From NCBI RefSeq assembly GCF_036588685.1, contig NC_086379.1:58652001-58716000 (forward strand): a stretch of 64,000 bases of DNA, in the 5' to 3' direction. The position numbers and the translations under genes were made by a program. This document shows, piece by piece, positions 13,335 through 27,372 of this stretch (position 1 is the stretch's first letter; each line of letters starts with the position of its first letter). The notes under the pieces were generated by a model. The model searched no databases. It was not told the DNA's origin and was given only the letters and a program-made list of their open reading frames with translations. The stretch comes from Mytilus trossulus (lineage: Eukaryota).

Positions 13335-13867
13335 TACGGGGCGCCGAATGGGACTCTTGTGGTTTTGTACAAAATTAATTATTACATAACAAAATCATTT
13401 TTGTCTTACAAAACTATGTGATAGACTTGTTTTATGAGAACTTCAATTTTGTCAAAAAGGTGTGCAAATAAGTTTTGCATACACAGTTGACTCTTGTTAC
13501 CTGATATGGAAATTAAAAACACAAAAGTCAATTGTGTGAGACAGGATTCAACTTTGTTTTTTTGAATTTGTATGCTAATTAGTTCACATAATCCAAACTA
13601 AACTAATTTGCATACAAAATTGACTTTTGTCACCCAATTTTCAAAATTGGTAACAGAAGTCAAGTCTGTGTAACAAAAATGAATTTTGTCATGACAAAAG
13701 TGACTTTTTTCCACTAAAAGATAATTTTGTATGACAAAATTTTAAATTTGTAGTATTCTACAAATTTTGTTAAACTGAACTAATTTTTGTTGAACAAAAG
13801 TCACTTTTGTCCGTACAAAATTGAATTTCGAGTACAAAATCACAAGAGTCCCATTCGGCACCCCGTA
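13335..13867. mobile_element. MITE with ~34-bp TIRs and 5-bp TSD
   Basis: tacggggcgccgaatgggactcttgtg / cacaagagtcccattcggcaccccgta; TSD ttatg at 13330-13334 and 13868-13872. Confidence 0.85.
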
Positions 13868-15445
13868 TTATGATGGTTTTTGTGAAAAGTTTTTTAATTG
13901 GTAATCGTACACAGGGACAGTGTAGAAAGTCCATGTCGGTCCTGTCGTACAACACCGTCCTGACTGTTTTTTCTGTTATGTTGTAATTAAGTTCACAATT
14001 AAAGAACAGAACATATAGATTTGTAAGGGAATATTTTTTTTATAATGTACATTACCAAGTCATTATAGTTGTGAACGAGGGACTCTGGACTATTTACTGG
14101 AATAATATGATTATCTTTGTAAATTTTCAATTAATTAAATTAGCATTATATAATATCGTATGCAGTTAAAATGAAATTGCACCTAATTTCGATTTAATTC
14201 GTGTCATATTACTTATGTATGCTGTGTCTTGTGACATGTTTTTTAGTAGAACGTAGTTATAGTCTTTTATAGCAACAAATTTTATTAAAGGGATTCTGAC
14301 AATAAGGCGCGTGTTAACATCACGCACGAAGCGTTGGTTAAGTGGTAATTACATACTTGATAGTGAAATGACAGCTTTATTGTTTACACTCCCACGCAAA
14401 TTGTTAAAGTTCAAGGTTTTATCGCACTAGCATGATCGGCGTGCAGCGATTTGAATGTTATAGATTACACACAGGACAGGCCGTTGCATTGACTGATACA
14501 ATTGCTTACGGAATAACAAATGATCTGCAGTAAAGTATTATAATGAAACATACATCAAATGTAATTATTTGTCTTTATCATATCACGGGTGAAACAAAAC
14601 ACATCCTAAGCATGCAGTATTTATCTGAATATTTTGGACAACAGATAATATTTATTTAAAAATATCTTTTTTTATTCCAATTAAAGGGCCCACGAAGAGC
14701 AAAGTAATTCATTACAATGATTTTGTTAATTGACACAATGATGTTGATATAAATCATATATAAATATGAATTATAAGATGTTAAACGGTTAACCACAGCC
14801 TGCAAATCAGAGCCCCGCGCATATTAGAAGGAAAAAAGACATAACATTTATATCTATCATTAACAGGCAAATATTCTCAACGTCTTAAATTTAAAACAAT
14901 ATCTGTACTCTATTGATTATTATGATAGTTTTCTCATCTTAAAACATTTATTTATATCAATTGCAATACTTTTAAATACCTCTAGGTTTTCTTGAATAAA
15001 TTGCATGATGATAGAAATAAAATATTCTTATATTGTAAAATTACATTAGTGGTAATTTTAAAGTCCTAAATTAGTGTTCTTTATTTGTATACGCCCGTTT
15101 ACGAGACTTACTTGTGTATTATTTTAAGAATTGAATACTTTTTTCTGTATAAACTTCATTGGGTGTAAAAGCGTTGACCGAAGTACATTTTGTACGAAGC
15201 GCGGAAGCCCTTCATTCTAAAAATGTGCACACGGTCAACGCTTTTACGACCCTATGGAGTTACAAAAAGAAGCATTTAATACTTATAATTACAATATTTA
15301 GCTAGGATCATAAAAACAAGATTTTTATCAAGTTTTTGTTTAATTCACCTTTGCACTTTATTGTGGGACCTCGTGTCATCATGAATGATAAATTTTAGTG
15401 TGTTATGCAATTGCTTTTAAAAGGAATAACGCGAGATGTGCAGAT

Positions 15446-16260
15446 CTCGGGGGGCTACTTCCTATGTAATGACTGGTAGGGATGAGCCTTCATGATATAT
15501 GAAAAGGGTGAGAAATTCAGATTAAATATATCAATAGGTTGATATTATCACTTGCTGGATATATATTATAAGTATCTGAAACTAATCAAATGTTCATATT
15601 TATTTCTGATGCGGTTAAACCTCAGTTGTAAATGCATCAGCTATTTGTCAAACCAATTAAACTCTATTTATTCAATGTGGTATTTCCACTGATGTTAGAT
15701 ATATATGCAATAAATCCAATCATTTTGACATTTCCACCTAATTAACATTGAAAGGTTTGCATACATGAAACATTTGAAGAAATTCCATAGCATATAGTGT
15801 TAGCGTCCTTCAAGAGGCAACGTCAAATCAGTTTTTAATTAATGTAAACTCAGTAAAAGTGATACGTTCTGAAGTGTTACTACATTTGTCTGATAAAACA
15901 ATATTTATTGTCTTTTAAAATTGAAATTTCTTCATAATTAAAGCCGTTGAAGATATAAAAGGGGCAAATAGCAGAGTTTAGAATTTATTGGAAAAGCAAG
16001 GTGTGATTATTGCGACTGCGTTGCATCTAAACAAAAACGTAAAATGAGCGGGACCTCACTCAAAATTTTTGTAAACTCTAATGTACAAGAAGATGAAAAA
16101 TATCCAAATATATCTATAGGTCTGTTTTTTATTCATTAATATATGACAAGGTATATATTTTTGATAAACCAAATATATGAAAAGGGTGGGGTACTTGATG
16201 TCTCAGCTGCTCACCCCTACCCAAAAAAAAATGAAGTTACCCCCCCCCCCCCACCCCGAG
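15446..16260. mobile_element. MITE with G/C-run termini and 8-bp TSD
   Basis: ctcggggggg... / ...ccccgag; TSD gtgcagat at 15438-15445 and 16261-16268. Confidence 0.85.
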
Positions 16261-17912
16261 GTGCAGATGGCCAATAATAATAACGTATTATAATGAAACA
16301 TACATCAAATGTTATTATATGATTATAACATTGTTGATCGCCTATCTGTCGGTCTGTCTGTCCGTCATGTCGAACAATATTTTGTCATTAAACTGTGGTG
16401 AATTGTTTTTATCTATTGACGTAAAATACCTTTCGATTTTTATAAATTTTAGATTTATGTTTCCTGGTTGTAAGGATTTTATTCATAAAAATGAGGGAAT
16501 TTACATGTTTTCTGGTTTGCTTTCAACAATTTTCATGAAACTTTAGTGAATTGTTTATGTTCCCTTTCGATTTAAAAAGAAATCTCCTGATCATAATTTT
16601 TTTGACACTTTTAATTCACAAGAAAGTTTTTTTTTCTCCCAATATTTCGGACAAAAACTAGTTATCATTTGGTTATTTGTTTATGCAGTATCTATTGAAA
16701 TAATATCCCTTTTATATAAATTTCTGATTCGACATTGCGGAGTTATGCAATATTGTCAAATTGGAAAATGTACTGCCAAGTTGTAAAGACAATGTAACAA
16801 TTAAGTGTTCACGATTAAACTCCCAAATTAATGAATAACTTCATATTTTTAATGTGATCGCAAAATTTTGAGATGCTATTAAATTTGAAGTGTCGACGCC
16901 ACATATATTTTTATCACACTCAGAAAGATTAGTAAGATCTTGATACACCTCACAGATTTTTCATTAATTTCATATTTACAGTGTGAGTGTTCTTATCAGT
17001 CTCGTCGAGCTCATTGTACGTGAAGGTCACTTTTTCATCCAAGAAGAAAACCAACCACCAAAACGATATTAGACTTGAAATAAAAGCATTGTCTAAAAAA
17101 AATATAGTTTTTGTCAATTTTTACAAAACAACTTTGACCCTTTTATTGATATTTATAGATTATCGTTGATTATCTCAACGAGAATAATTTTCTCGCTTGA
17201 GCTGGAACAGCGAAAGTGAGAAAAGCAATCGAGTTGAGATGACCGATGATAATCTGTTTATCGCTATTTTACCTATGACGACGTTGTCAATTTCAATGTC
17301 AATTTCGTTAACAACGCACGTGGCGTCCTTAGTTTCTAGCGATATTTTTTCCATCTCAAGCGAGTAGCATGATATGAAAATTATCACAAAAAAAGATCAA
17401 AGGAAAAATGCACAAAATAGCGATAAATATATATATTAAAATTTTTATATTTGTATTTTATGTGTGTGTGTTTTAGGGCGAATTACATTTGCGCGCGTTT
17501 CGGGGATTCATTTATTAAATTACGCCGTTGCTCAATATTTATTGTAATCATGACATTTTTCCAGTAACACGGTTCATGCACACCCCTATATATGAAAATG
17601 TATCCAATAAAAGTATTATTCGAAGCTATAAAATATCTTCTGTGAGTGTAACTGCATCTGGTAAATTTGAAGTGACGACACTTTTTCTGTTTTATCAATT
17701 TGATAAGATCAGTATGGTGACTGGTTTATACTATTTCGCAATTTCGCCCTACATATTCAATAGGGCGAAAACGCTTAGTAAAAAAAACGCGAAATATTTT
17801 TTCTTTACGATTTCTCGCTTCTGCGTTTTCATGTTGTCGACCTCGCATTTTCGGTTTTGCGTTTAAGCGTTTCGCCTTTTGTTATTTGACAAATGCTAAT
17901 TGACATGGAACT

Positions 17913-18065
17913 CAGGCGCGGATCCAGAAGGGGGGGGGGGGTGGTTCCGGGGGTTGGAACCCCCTTTTTGGACGATCAATGCATTTGAATGGGGACATGT
18001 AATCGGAACTCCCTTTGCCCAGGGTTAGAACCCCCCTTTTTTTAAAATGGCTAGATCCGCCCCTG
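17913..18065. mobile_element. Short MITE (CAGGCGCGGATCCAG...CTAGATCCGCCCCTG)
   Basis: Imperfect TIRs; flanking direct repeat gaact at 17908-17912 and 18066-18070. Degenerate relative at ~26878-27014. Confidence 0.75.
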
Positions 18066-20143
18066 GAACTGTTCTATAGGAAGAAAGAAATAGGTATATA
18101 TATATGAATCGTTACCGTATTGTCATATCCACAAGGTATTTTTTTTAAGCTTGCACCAAAAACGACATCTTAGCAGTCTCCATTGATTCTTTTTTAAATC
18201 ATATATACGCAATCCAATGTACAAAACGCTAGACGTATTACGCAACTGAATAATGAACACGCGTAACGTCACTTACATGTTTGCAAACTGTAATGCATCA
18301 ATTTATTAAGCGAAATACATTGATATTAAAGAAAGATCTTCAGGAAAATACAGCATCGATGGACAACAGAAATTAATGTGTTTCTGATGAATGTTTATAG
18401 ACTTCCAGTGAGGTAAGAGTTGTTCTTATCCGTATTGAAGACCTCATTGTGACTTTGAGATAAAAAGCAGCAATACACATGTGCCGAGAGATTCATGTTG
18501 CCTTTTAACCATGTTAATATTGTGATAATGAACGGGGATTGTACACATGCAGTATGAGTCAGAAAACATAAGAAGAACCTACGCAATAATTCTAAGCATA
18601 ATTTGCCTGATTCTCATGTTCGATTCCGATCTTAATTGTTTTTCCTGTCGAAGGTCGGAGGTCCTTTAAATATTTCGGCTTCCACCACTAATATAAAGTT
18701 ACCTCCATGATATAACCAAGAGTGGTATTAAAAAAACAACAGTATACACAAAACAAAAAAAACAAAAAAATACTTAAGCAAAGTTTTCAAAGATTTTTTT
18801 TAGTAACAACCGTTAGATAAATATTTAGTACTATTGTAAACATTGAAGGCATTTGATGGAATATAATCTCAATCTAAATATGGAAACATGGATGGACTTT
18901 GATGGGAATTAGCCAATTAAAGTACAGTTTAGGAATGATGCAAATTTTAGTTGATAAAGAAATGCACATATCCAAATTAAGAGGAATGGTGAATTTCTAG
19001 TAAGAGAAGTCAAAAGCGAAATGAAACGATATAGGCCCTAACTGTATGAACTTATTAAATGTATATACGATCAGTAGTTCAACTTTACAAAAAAAACAGA
19101 TTGAATATCGCATTGTAAACTCTTAGATAAAATTCCTGAATGTTACTGAGAAGAAGAGTGTCGAAAGTACCTCTTTGTCTGATAACTTTAACCGGGCCCC
19201 CTATTTAGTTGTAATAGTATTTTATTGTGAAAATTGTTACATCAATATTACAAAAATGGCAGTTTCATTAGAATTGGAAAACAAGTCAATTTCAACTTTT
19301 ATCAATTTCTCTCCCATTTTTCATCACTATACTGTACAATTTCTAACTCATTTTTTCTCAAAAGGTAGTACACAGAGTACAAGTTAAAGTGCAATCAAGT
19401 CATTCTGTTAGAAGTGTTTTGAAGACGTATTTTATTGGCCAGCCGGACAAACAGTACTAGGACTATTTGTCCGGCCAATACAATGCGAATGTCAAGTATA
19501 TTTGTGTGTGCTCGTAATATAATCTTCAATACCACCAGGGAAGTAAATGTTTGTAATCTGTATTGTTATGACCTTATCTTGTTACTGGTACTTTAAAATT
19601 GTTGTTTTCTTCATACTATTATATAGTCCAATGTGAATAACGAATAATTAGAAAAAAATCATATATACTAGTATCCCATATTTTTTTTTATATAAGAAGG
19701 AGAAAAAAATACTTATAAAACAATTAAACTTGGGTAGTGTTTGACTCCTGCATTTTAAGTTAACGTAAAGGATTTTGTCTAGCTGAAAAAGGTACATAAT
19801 TATTATATGTCTTAAGCTGTCGAAGAGACATAGACCCCTTGACATAAAGTCACCCCACTTTTTATAATCCTATATATACAACATCCCCACTTCCAAGTTT
19901 GCAACCTCAATCACCCCACCCATTATACCATTTCGAGAGCTACTTGTAAGATTCATTTTCGGAATGTAACTAAGCTAAATTTTTATTCAGTTAGACATGC
20001 ATTTATAAATGCCTTTCTCAACTACTCTTGCTTTGAACGTCTTTTCCACCATTTGCACAGCTATAGTTAGCCGAATAATTTTGTAAAACTAAAGTTCGCC
20101 GATCAATTATCAAAGTTGTTTATTTTTCCTTGTGACTTCAATT

Positions 20144-20585
20144 AGAATCATATTCAAAACAGTGTGGTCCTGGCCATTGATTGACGACCTAAATTATCCC
20201 GTTGACTGGGACAGATTAGGTGAACGTTTGTCTGTAACGACCATTGCTCACTTCTTACTTATTATAGAATTTAAACTGTGCGGTCACCACAGGTTCTTAA
20301 CGCCTTTAATAATAAAATAATTCGAAAAATTATTCAGGAATAACCTTTATGTTTTGATTTATATCATTGATATAAATCAACACATCGTATTATTCCGGAT
20401 TCGATTTTCGAATTGCTTTATTTAGGTGTTGAGAACCTTTGGTGACCCCACAGATTCAATGTCTTTAACAAGTACATAGTGAGCAGTGATTGTTACCGAC
20501 AAACGTTCACCTAATCTGTCCAGTCAATGGGATAATTTAGGTCGTCAATCAATGGCCAGGACCACACTGTTTTGAAAATGATTCT
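20144..20585. mobile_element. Foldback-type MITE with ~110-bp or longer TIRs
   Basis: agaatcatattcaaaacagtgtggtcctggccattgattgacgacc... mirrored at 20478-20585; possible ATT TSD. Confidence 0.8.
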
Positions 20586-23500
20586 ATTTGGGGTCCCTTT
20601 TATAAGATTATATCATTCTCTGAAGTTCATATACTATCGTGTTCCATTGTCAAATTCCGAAGACTTTAAACTTTATCACAAATATTGATATCGCCGTTTT
20701 CAGCCATGATCTTAAATTTGAAAATCAGTGATCGGTTTACACGCTTGGTGATACTGAAGATAATATTACATGCACTTCCGAACGCACATTATATGACATG
20801 CGCATTGCATTGGCCGGGCAAATAGACCTGGCACTATTCTTTGGACTAGTCTTTCTTTTGTGTTGCATGCATATACTAACGGGAACTAAATACAAAGTAG
20901 ATCTGTTAGTTTTTATTAAAATCTGAGATGCAAAATGAGATCAATAGTGATGACATTTTCTAAAAGCGTGAGTTTCGATCATCGTGAAAGGCTGTACGGT
21001 GACATATAGTTGTTAATATGTATACATCATTTTGTATCTGGTGGAGACTCAGAGTTGTTTTATTGGCAATTTATATACCATATCTTCTTATTATATATAT
21101 TATATCTATACATGTAGCTACATGTTGTATTGTTCATCAGTGTATATAAAGTGCGAATCCAGCTAGTTCATTTTTACTGTTATATGCGGATATGTCTATT
21201 GTAGAATAAAGGATCATGGGAAAACTGTATTTGTTTACGTTTTGAAAATATCAAGTTAAAGGATTTTAAGTTAAGTTTTAACATATTTTCATTGTGATAT
21301 GCCTTTATAATATACAAACAAAGCATTAAAGTTCAAATAAGTGTTATAAAGGCATCATAATATAGCATATCGATTATTGAAAGCGAACCATTTTAACTAT
21401 AGATGCGATGAATTATCACTGTTAGTGCAGTCATTATTAATGTAGAATTTTCGAAGATGCGAGGAATTTTTATTGTAGAATTATGTGATAAATGCACTTG
21501 CAACAAATGCAAAAAAAATAAAGGATTTATGATACATGTATTTTCAAATTGAAATACAAACTCCTCATTCATTCTTCATCAAATATATAGCTTTTCAAAC
21601 TTTTAACAAAAGCGATTCTCAAAATGTCATATTGTATTCTTCAGATTACGTTTCTCCTTGATTTTAACTTATATAGGGAGTCACTGGAGCGTGACAGCAA
21701 CGGACCCTCTTAGGCAGTCAGTGGGCCCCTACTTATGAAAAATTCCAGATCCGCGAATGGATACTACCGCAGAGGTAAAACCATGCACATTTGGGTTATT
21801 GTACACGAAATGCATGCTACAATTCATTTTTGTTGATTTTAGACCCTTTGGAACTCTATGTGGGCTATTTCAGCAACTAGGCAAAAAATCCCCAAACTAG
21901 ATACACGGTTAGATTCAGCATGTCAACGAATTCCAAATGTCTATATTAAAGGACTTTTGTCTATGAATTTGGACCCCACAAAATTGAAAAAGGGACCAAA
22001 AATATAAAAAAAATGCATGCATCGTACACATTTGTTATTGAAGGCATGACTGTAACAATAGGATGAATATACAAAAATATCTTCTTCTGGGGTCTCATTG
22101 AGGTGTTCTGATCCCGTATTCCGCTTATTGTTTTGTCAGATTCCCGTATCCCGCTTATACTATGCAGTTCTAATTTTTTGTAATTATCCGTGTCCCGCTA
22201 GACTTCATTTCCCGTTTTTCACTACACAATCATTTGACTTTCACCTGTCACGCTTGCAAAAAAACGGCAATCCGGCGTGACGCTTATACCAGAATGCGAC
22301 CCACTATTTTACTCTATTTTGACTTATGTTAAGCCCATTATAAATATATTAAAAAGTAGCGTAGATTTTTTTATCCCTTTTTATCCCGTCTCGTTTCGTT
22401 TTTGAGCCATATATAGATGTCGTATGTAACAATGAGACAACTCTCCATCCATGTCACAATTTATAAAAGTAGACGTCAAAATACGGTCTTCAACAGAGTC
22501 TTGGCTCACACCGAAAAGCAAGTTATAAAGGGCTCCAGTGTAAACACTTTTAAACAGGAAAACAAAGGTGCTATCTTTATCAAGATGTACGTAATTAGTG
22601 GTGAAGTGTCATGGAAATGGATAAAAAAAAATAAGGATAAAGATCCCTATACGCTTTACAAGAAACTAAATGGAATACATTTGAAATAAGAAGTAATTTA
22701 TTAGTGTTTTAAAACCAAACTTTCCTCCGTAAGTTAAATTTTATCAAATCTTTCTCTTACTTTATCTATTATTTGAGCAAGTCGGCTAAATTAAGGCTTT
22801 ACAGCTAATTTCCTAATGCATGTAAAGCAAAATTTTGTTTGGCTTGCTTGCTATGTTTGTATAATTGTTTATACAAACTTTGTAAATAAGATTGACATTT
22901 TTAAACAATATGAATAGGCATAGTTTAACCTGTATTTTTTTAATATTTGAATTAAATTGGGTGTTACATGTATCATAATGATTATCCAATAAAAAAAAAG
23001 CAAGCAAATCAACTAAAGTCTTGCTCTTCATGCTTAAAGAAATGAGCTGTAATAGATAAAAAAGAAAAAAATTATACAATGAAAATGCACCGCATATACA
23101 ATAATAATGATTCGCTCCACAGTGAAAATGAAAGAATAGTATCATTATTCGACAGTAAACATGACTAGCATTACGAAATCATCATAGTGGAATTTAGTCA
23201 AATATGAAGAAACTGAATGACAAAACATATTCTACGTTATACAACTTTGATAATTGTATTAAAATGAATATTTTTTACTGCCACAACATCTCACCTGTTA
23301 GTTAAAAAGCACCTGCACGATCTGTTCGTGAAATGTTCTAAATATTCACCTATTTTGGTATATATTTCACAGCTGGATGGCTTTAGGCGCGATAAAACCC
23401 CGCTCGCATCTCTTACTTTGTTTTATTAGTATTATGTATTTCTGAACATATACATTTTAACTTATTTTCTTCATTTTCTTCAAAAATTAAAAAAAGTTCG

Positions 23501-24569
23501 TCTGTTTATTTATCATTCTACAGTAGACATTTATGGCATATACAGTAAAAATGATATTTTAGGATCCGCACTTTACATACACTGTTCATGTATTTTATTT
23601 TATTACACAAATTCTTTATTTTATCTCGCCACCCGAAGTATATGAACAAGGATATTGCTAAAGTTTCCATTTTCGTATAGTGTACGGTGATATTTCTAGG
23701 GCACTGTCTTGCGGTAGTTTATATATCGTATTACATTAGCTCGCTATGCCCATGTTTAATGTGACGTTTTAGATTCCAATGAACGGACTCATGCAGTGAT
23801 TGATATTTGTTCATGTCTGTAATATTCGTTATTCGTAGAAAAATCTGTTAATAGTATCAAATATGCCATTGGTTTTCTCGATTTGAATTGTTATATATTT
23901 TTCATGTCGGAGCCTTTTTTGACACGTCTATTGGTATATAGTATCGTTTATATCATTATTTGAGGTCGTACGATTGCCGATATAATTCCAAACAAAAGTG
24001 TCGAATTTATTACAGAGAGATAACTCTTTAAATCAGTAATGCGTTTGTTTAAGTCAAGTTTTATCAATATATTATAAGCATTTACCTGAAACAGATTGGA
24101 AATAATCTATGTAACCTGTAAAAGCTTAGAATATACTTATGCAAATGGTTGACATAAACACACTGACAATTTTAAGAATTATTTTCCTTAACTAAGGTTT
24201 ACAACCTTAAATCAAGTTAAATAGTTCACTGTCTCAACGGCAATCATACCAAATACTATTTTTTTATTATAAAACTAAGATGTATCGGAAACAATGCTGA
24301 TAGTTAGAAATGGTGTTGTCCATCTTTAGACAATTTGGGTGCAGACAGACAGTACTGTAACTTAATAGAAAATACTGTTGTCTATTCTGTGTAAGTAGCT
24401 CTTTACAGAAAATATTGATCTATCACAAGTAGTTCTTGCCAAACTAATAACTCAACAGAAAACTTAATATATTGGACATTATTAATATTAATAACTACTT
24501 GTTAGTACACGTTTATCATTCAAGTCACTGAACCTTGAGGACAGAGCCTTAACAAGACGTGATATATAT

Positions 24570-26631
24570 GTAGGATTCGGAATCGCGATGGTTGTCCGAA
24601 CCGCGATGGTTACGCTGTAGTGCAATGGTCAATCTGCGACGTTGAGTAAAAAGAAAAATGTACATGAGCTGTTAAAATGAAATCAAATTATTTAGATTTT
24701 ACAAAGCTGCTAGGCTCACGTTTGAAAAATCTTGTAACTTCTGTTCAAGTCATACCAAAGACTTTTTGAGATTTTGTTAATGTAAATTCAAATTTGTCAT
24801 TTTCCGATTAGCGCGCAGTAGTATAGAGTCAGATAAAGGGTGTTCAGAGGTGATTTTTTGTTATTAAGGTTGTATGTCTATACGATAACACTAAACAGGG
24901 TTCATATCAGTTTATCAAATGTTATGACAAACACAACAATTATTCCTATTTATTTTTTTACGAAGTACGCGTAGGGAGCAGTCAGGTTAATTTCGGACTA
25001 CTATGTTGCAGACAATTTACACTGTAACCGCAATACAATTATACTAGAGCGACGGTGTCTTTAGAAATCAGGATTTATCTCGATTTTAAACAACATTAAC
25101 ATTTTTTTTTTATTAAATTGTCAACATTTAATCACGAGAATCTTACTAAAAGATAAATCGGCGTTTTACGTTTCCGCAAATTGGCATTACTTTTCCGCGA
25201 AAAAAAGATGACGTTTCCGGAAAAAAAAGTTTACGTTTCCGCAAAAAAATATCTTTCTTTTCCGGAAAAAAAGTAACTATTCCGGAAAAAATAAATTATT
25301 ACTTTTCCGCAAATAATTAAGGAATACCTATTGATCGAAAGCAAAGCTATAATAAAAAATAAAATATGTATTAAGTTAAAGGTCATCATAACATGTAAGT
25401 AAAATACATCTATAAAATGTATGAACACGTATGTTCAAAAAGATCTTGATATGACAGTTAGTTCTGGCAGAATATTTGTAGCCAACACGTCGTAAAAAGT
25501 CCATATAAGCACATTCACCGTTTACAAATCTTGTATTTTGTTTAGGAAGGAAGGCCATCTTCACCTTTTCATATTTTCGAACGGGTGCTTTTACAGTTAG
25601 AGTTCTCATCTTTATGTAAGATGTTGTCTTCAGTTTCAATAACACATCGACAAAGACAAATATAGTAGGATGGCTCGCGTAAAACTGCTCCTTCAGGTAG
25701 GTACGAAAAGACTCGACACCATTCGGTGTTCTCTTTTCCTCGAGGTCAGGGGTGATGCCCAAATGGTTGGTGAAAATCTCAATTGCCATTTATATAAAAT
25801 TCCAATATATAATCGGCAGACCTCACGCATTTATCGTCAGATTGAGCATCGGCAATTGATCCAAAAAAGCATTCTTCAATCATGTCAGTTGGCAAGTAAG
25901 CCAAACCAAAGATTTCTCAATGAAGTTTAACTCATCGTTACCCGAGTCAGTAGTTATATCTAGTAAAGTGTAGCTATACTGAGATCAGAACATTTTCTTT
26001 ATTAGAAAGAAAAAATAAATAATTTTTATCATACATGTACATTCAAATGTTTTTAATTTACCAGGTAAATTTGCGGAAAAGTAATAAATACAAATTGCGG
26101 AAACGTATATTTCAAATTTGCGGAAACGTAGTATTGGGACTTTGAAAAATTAGCGGAAAAGCAATACGCCCAGATAAATTAACTTTAATCTTTAAAATTA
26201 TATCAGTATACTTTATTTCTGTTGTATTTATCGTGCAGTATTATTCTTAACATAGGATAGCCCATTTGCTGACAAAAATCATTATTCAGTCCCGTTGCTC
26301 CCCATATTTTACTGCCCGACATGGTTAAAAATATTTTTTTAACTCCCAAATGTAATGCTCAAAACTGTTAATATTGACTCGAATCGTTCCTTTCTTTCTT
26401 TTTCCTTTCATTTCCTGTGTGAGCATGAAACATGCACTCATCTACAAAACCCTATCCTCCTGTATGAAAATCAATGTTGTATTTGAAAGTTATATTCGAA
26501 AAAGTCACAATGTTGGAACGTCTTGCAATACCATTGCACTTCAGCGAAAGGACCATCACACGTCAGCGTGTCCATTGCACTTCAGCGTGACCATCGCACT
26601 CCAGCGTCCCCATCGCACCTCCGAGTCCTAC
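24570..26631. mobile_element. Non-autonomous TIR element in TA context, hosting a nested MULE
   Basis: gtaggattcgga / tccgagtcctac termini with repeated gcgatgg / ccatcgc subterminal motifs, flanked by (TA)n. Confidence 0.7.
25159..26171 (-). mobile_element. Deleted Mutator-like (MULE) element with transposase C-terminal remnant
   Basis: TSD agataaat at 25151-25158 and 26172-26179; inverted acgtttccgcaaa arrays; ORF 25376-25789 has RTPNGVESF...FYASHPTIFVFVDVL, typical of the MULE catalytic-E region. Confidence 0.8.
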
Positions 26632-27078
26632 ATATATACTGATTGTAATGCACCTTTTTTTACAGAATATATTTCATCTATCACAAAATGACTTAAGCAG
26701 AAATCTTAACCATGTAAAATTGCTTATTGATTCGATGTCACCGGACCTAGGGAACAATGCCTCAAAATAGTCGTCAAATGATATCATGAACTGATCTTAA
26801 TGCAACTTCATACAAAATGTTATTGATTTATTACAAGTACATTTGTAGTTCTTATCAAACTGACGTAACCAGAAAACCAATGGTGGATCAAAAAAGGGGG
26901 GATGAAACCCCCTTTTTTTGGAAGATCAAGGCATTTTACATAATGGGGACATAAAGATAAACCCTTCTTTATCCTGATTTGGGATCCCCCTTTAAAACTA
27001 GCTGGAACCGCCTGGAAACTTAATCATTGTTGACGCTAACTACGTCGACGTGTGTCATCATCGAAAAGGTAATACTTA

Positions 27079-27372
27079 GGGAGCTACCATTTGATTTTTA
27101 GGGGGGGGGGGGGGGGGGGCTAGGATGAAATTTGAAAAAAAAATAGGCAGGACAGGAGTTTTGAGTAAAAAAAAGGCAGGATGAGACACTTGCAAAAACA
27201 AAAAGTCAGGATGACAATTTATGTAAAAAAAAGTCGGGATAAACTAAAAAAAAGAATAGCAGGACCGGATAGAGTGAAATAATAAAAAGGCAAGACATAG
27301 ATTACAACTAAAAAAAATGCAGGACAAAATTTTTCATCCTAGCCTCCCCATAAAAATCAAATGGTAGCTCCC
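27079..27372. mobile_element. PIF/Harbinger (Tourist-like) MITE
   Basis: TIRs gggagctaccatttgattttta / taaaaatcaaatggtagctccc; TTA TSD at 27076-27078 and 27373-27375. Confidence 0.85.

Noticed and set aside
18300-19080. Possible additional cargo gene
   Set aside because: Somewhat coding-like composition, but no sustained frame, splice chain or recognisable motif.
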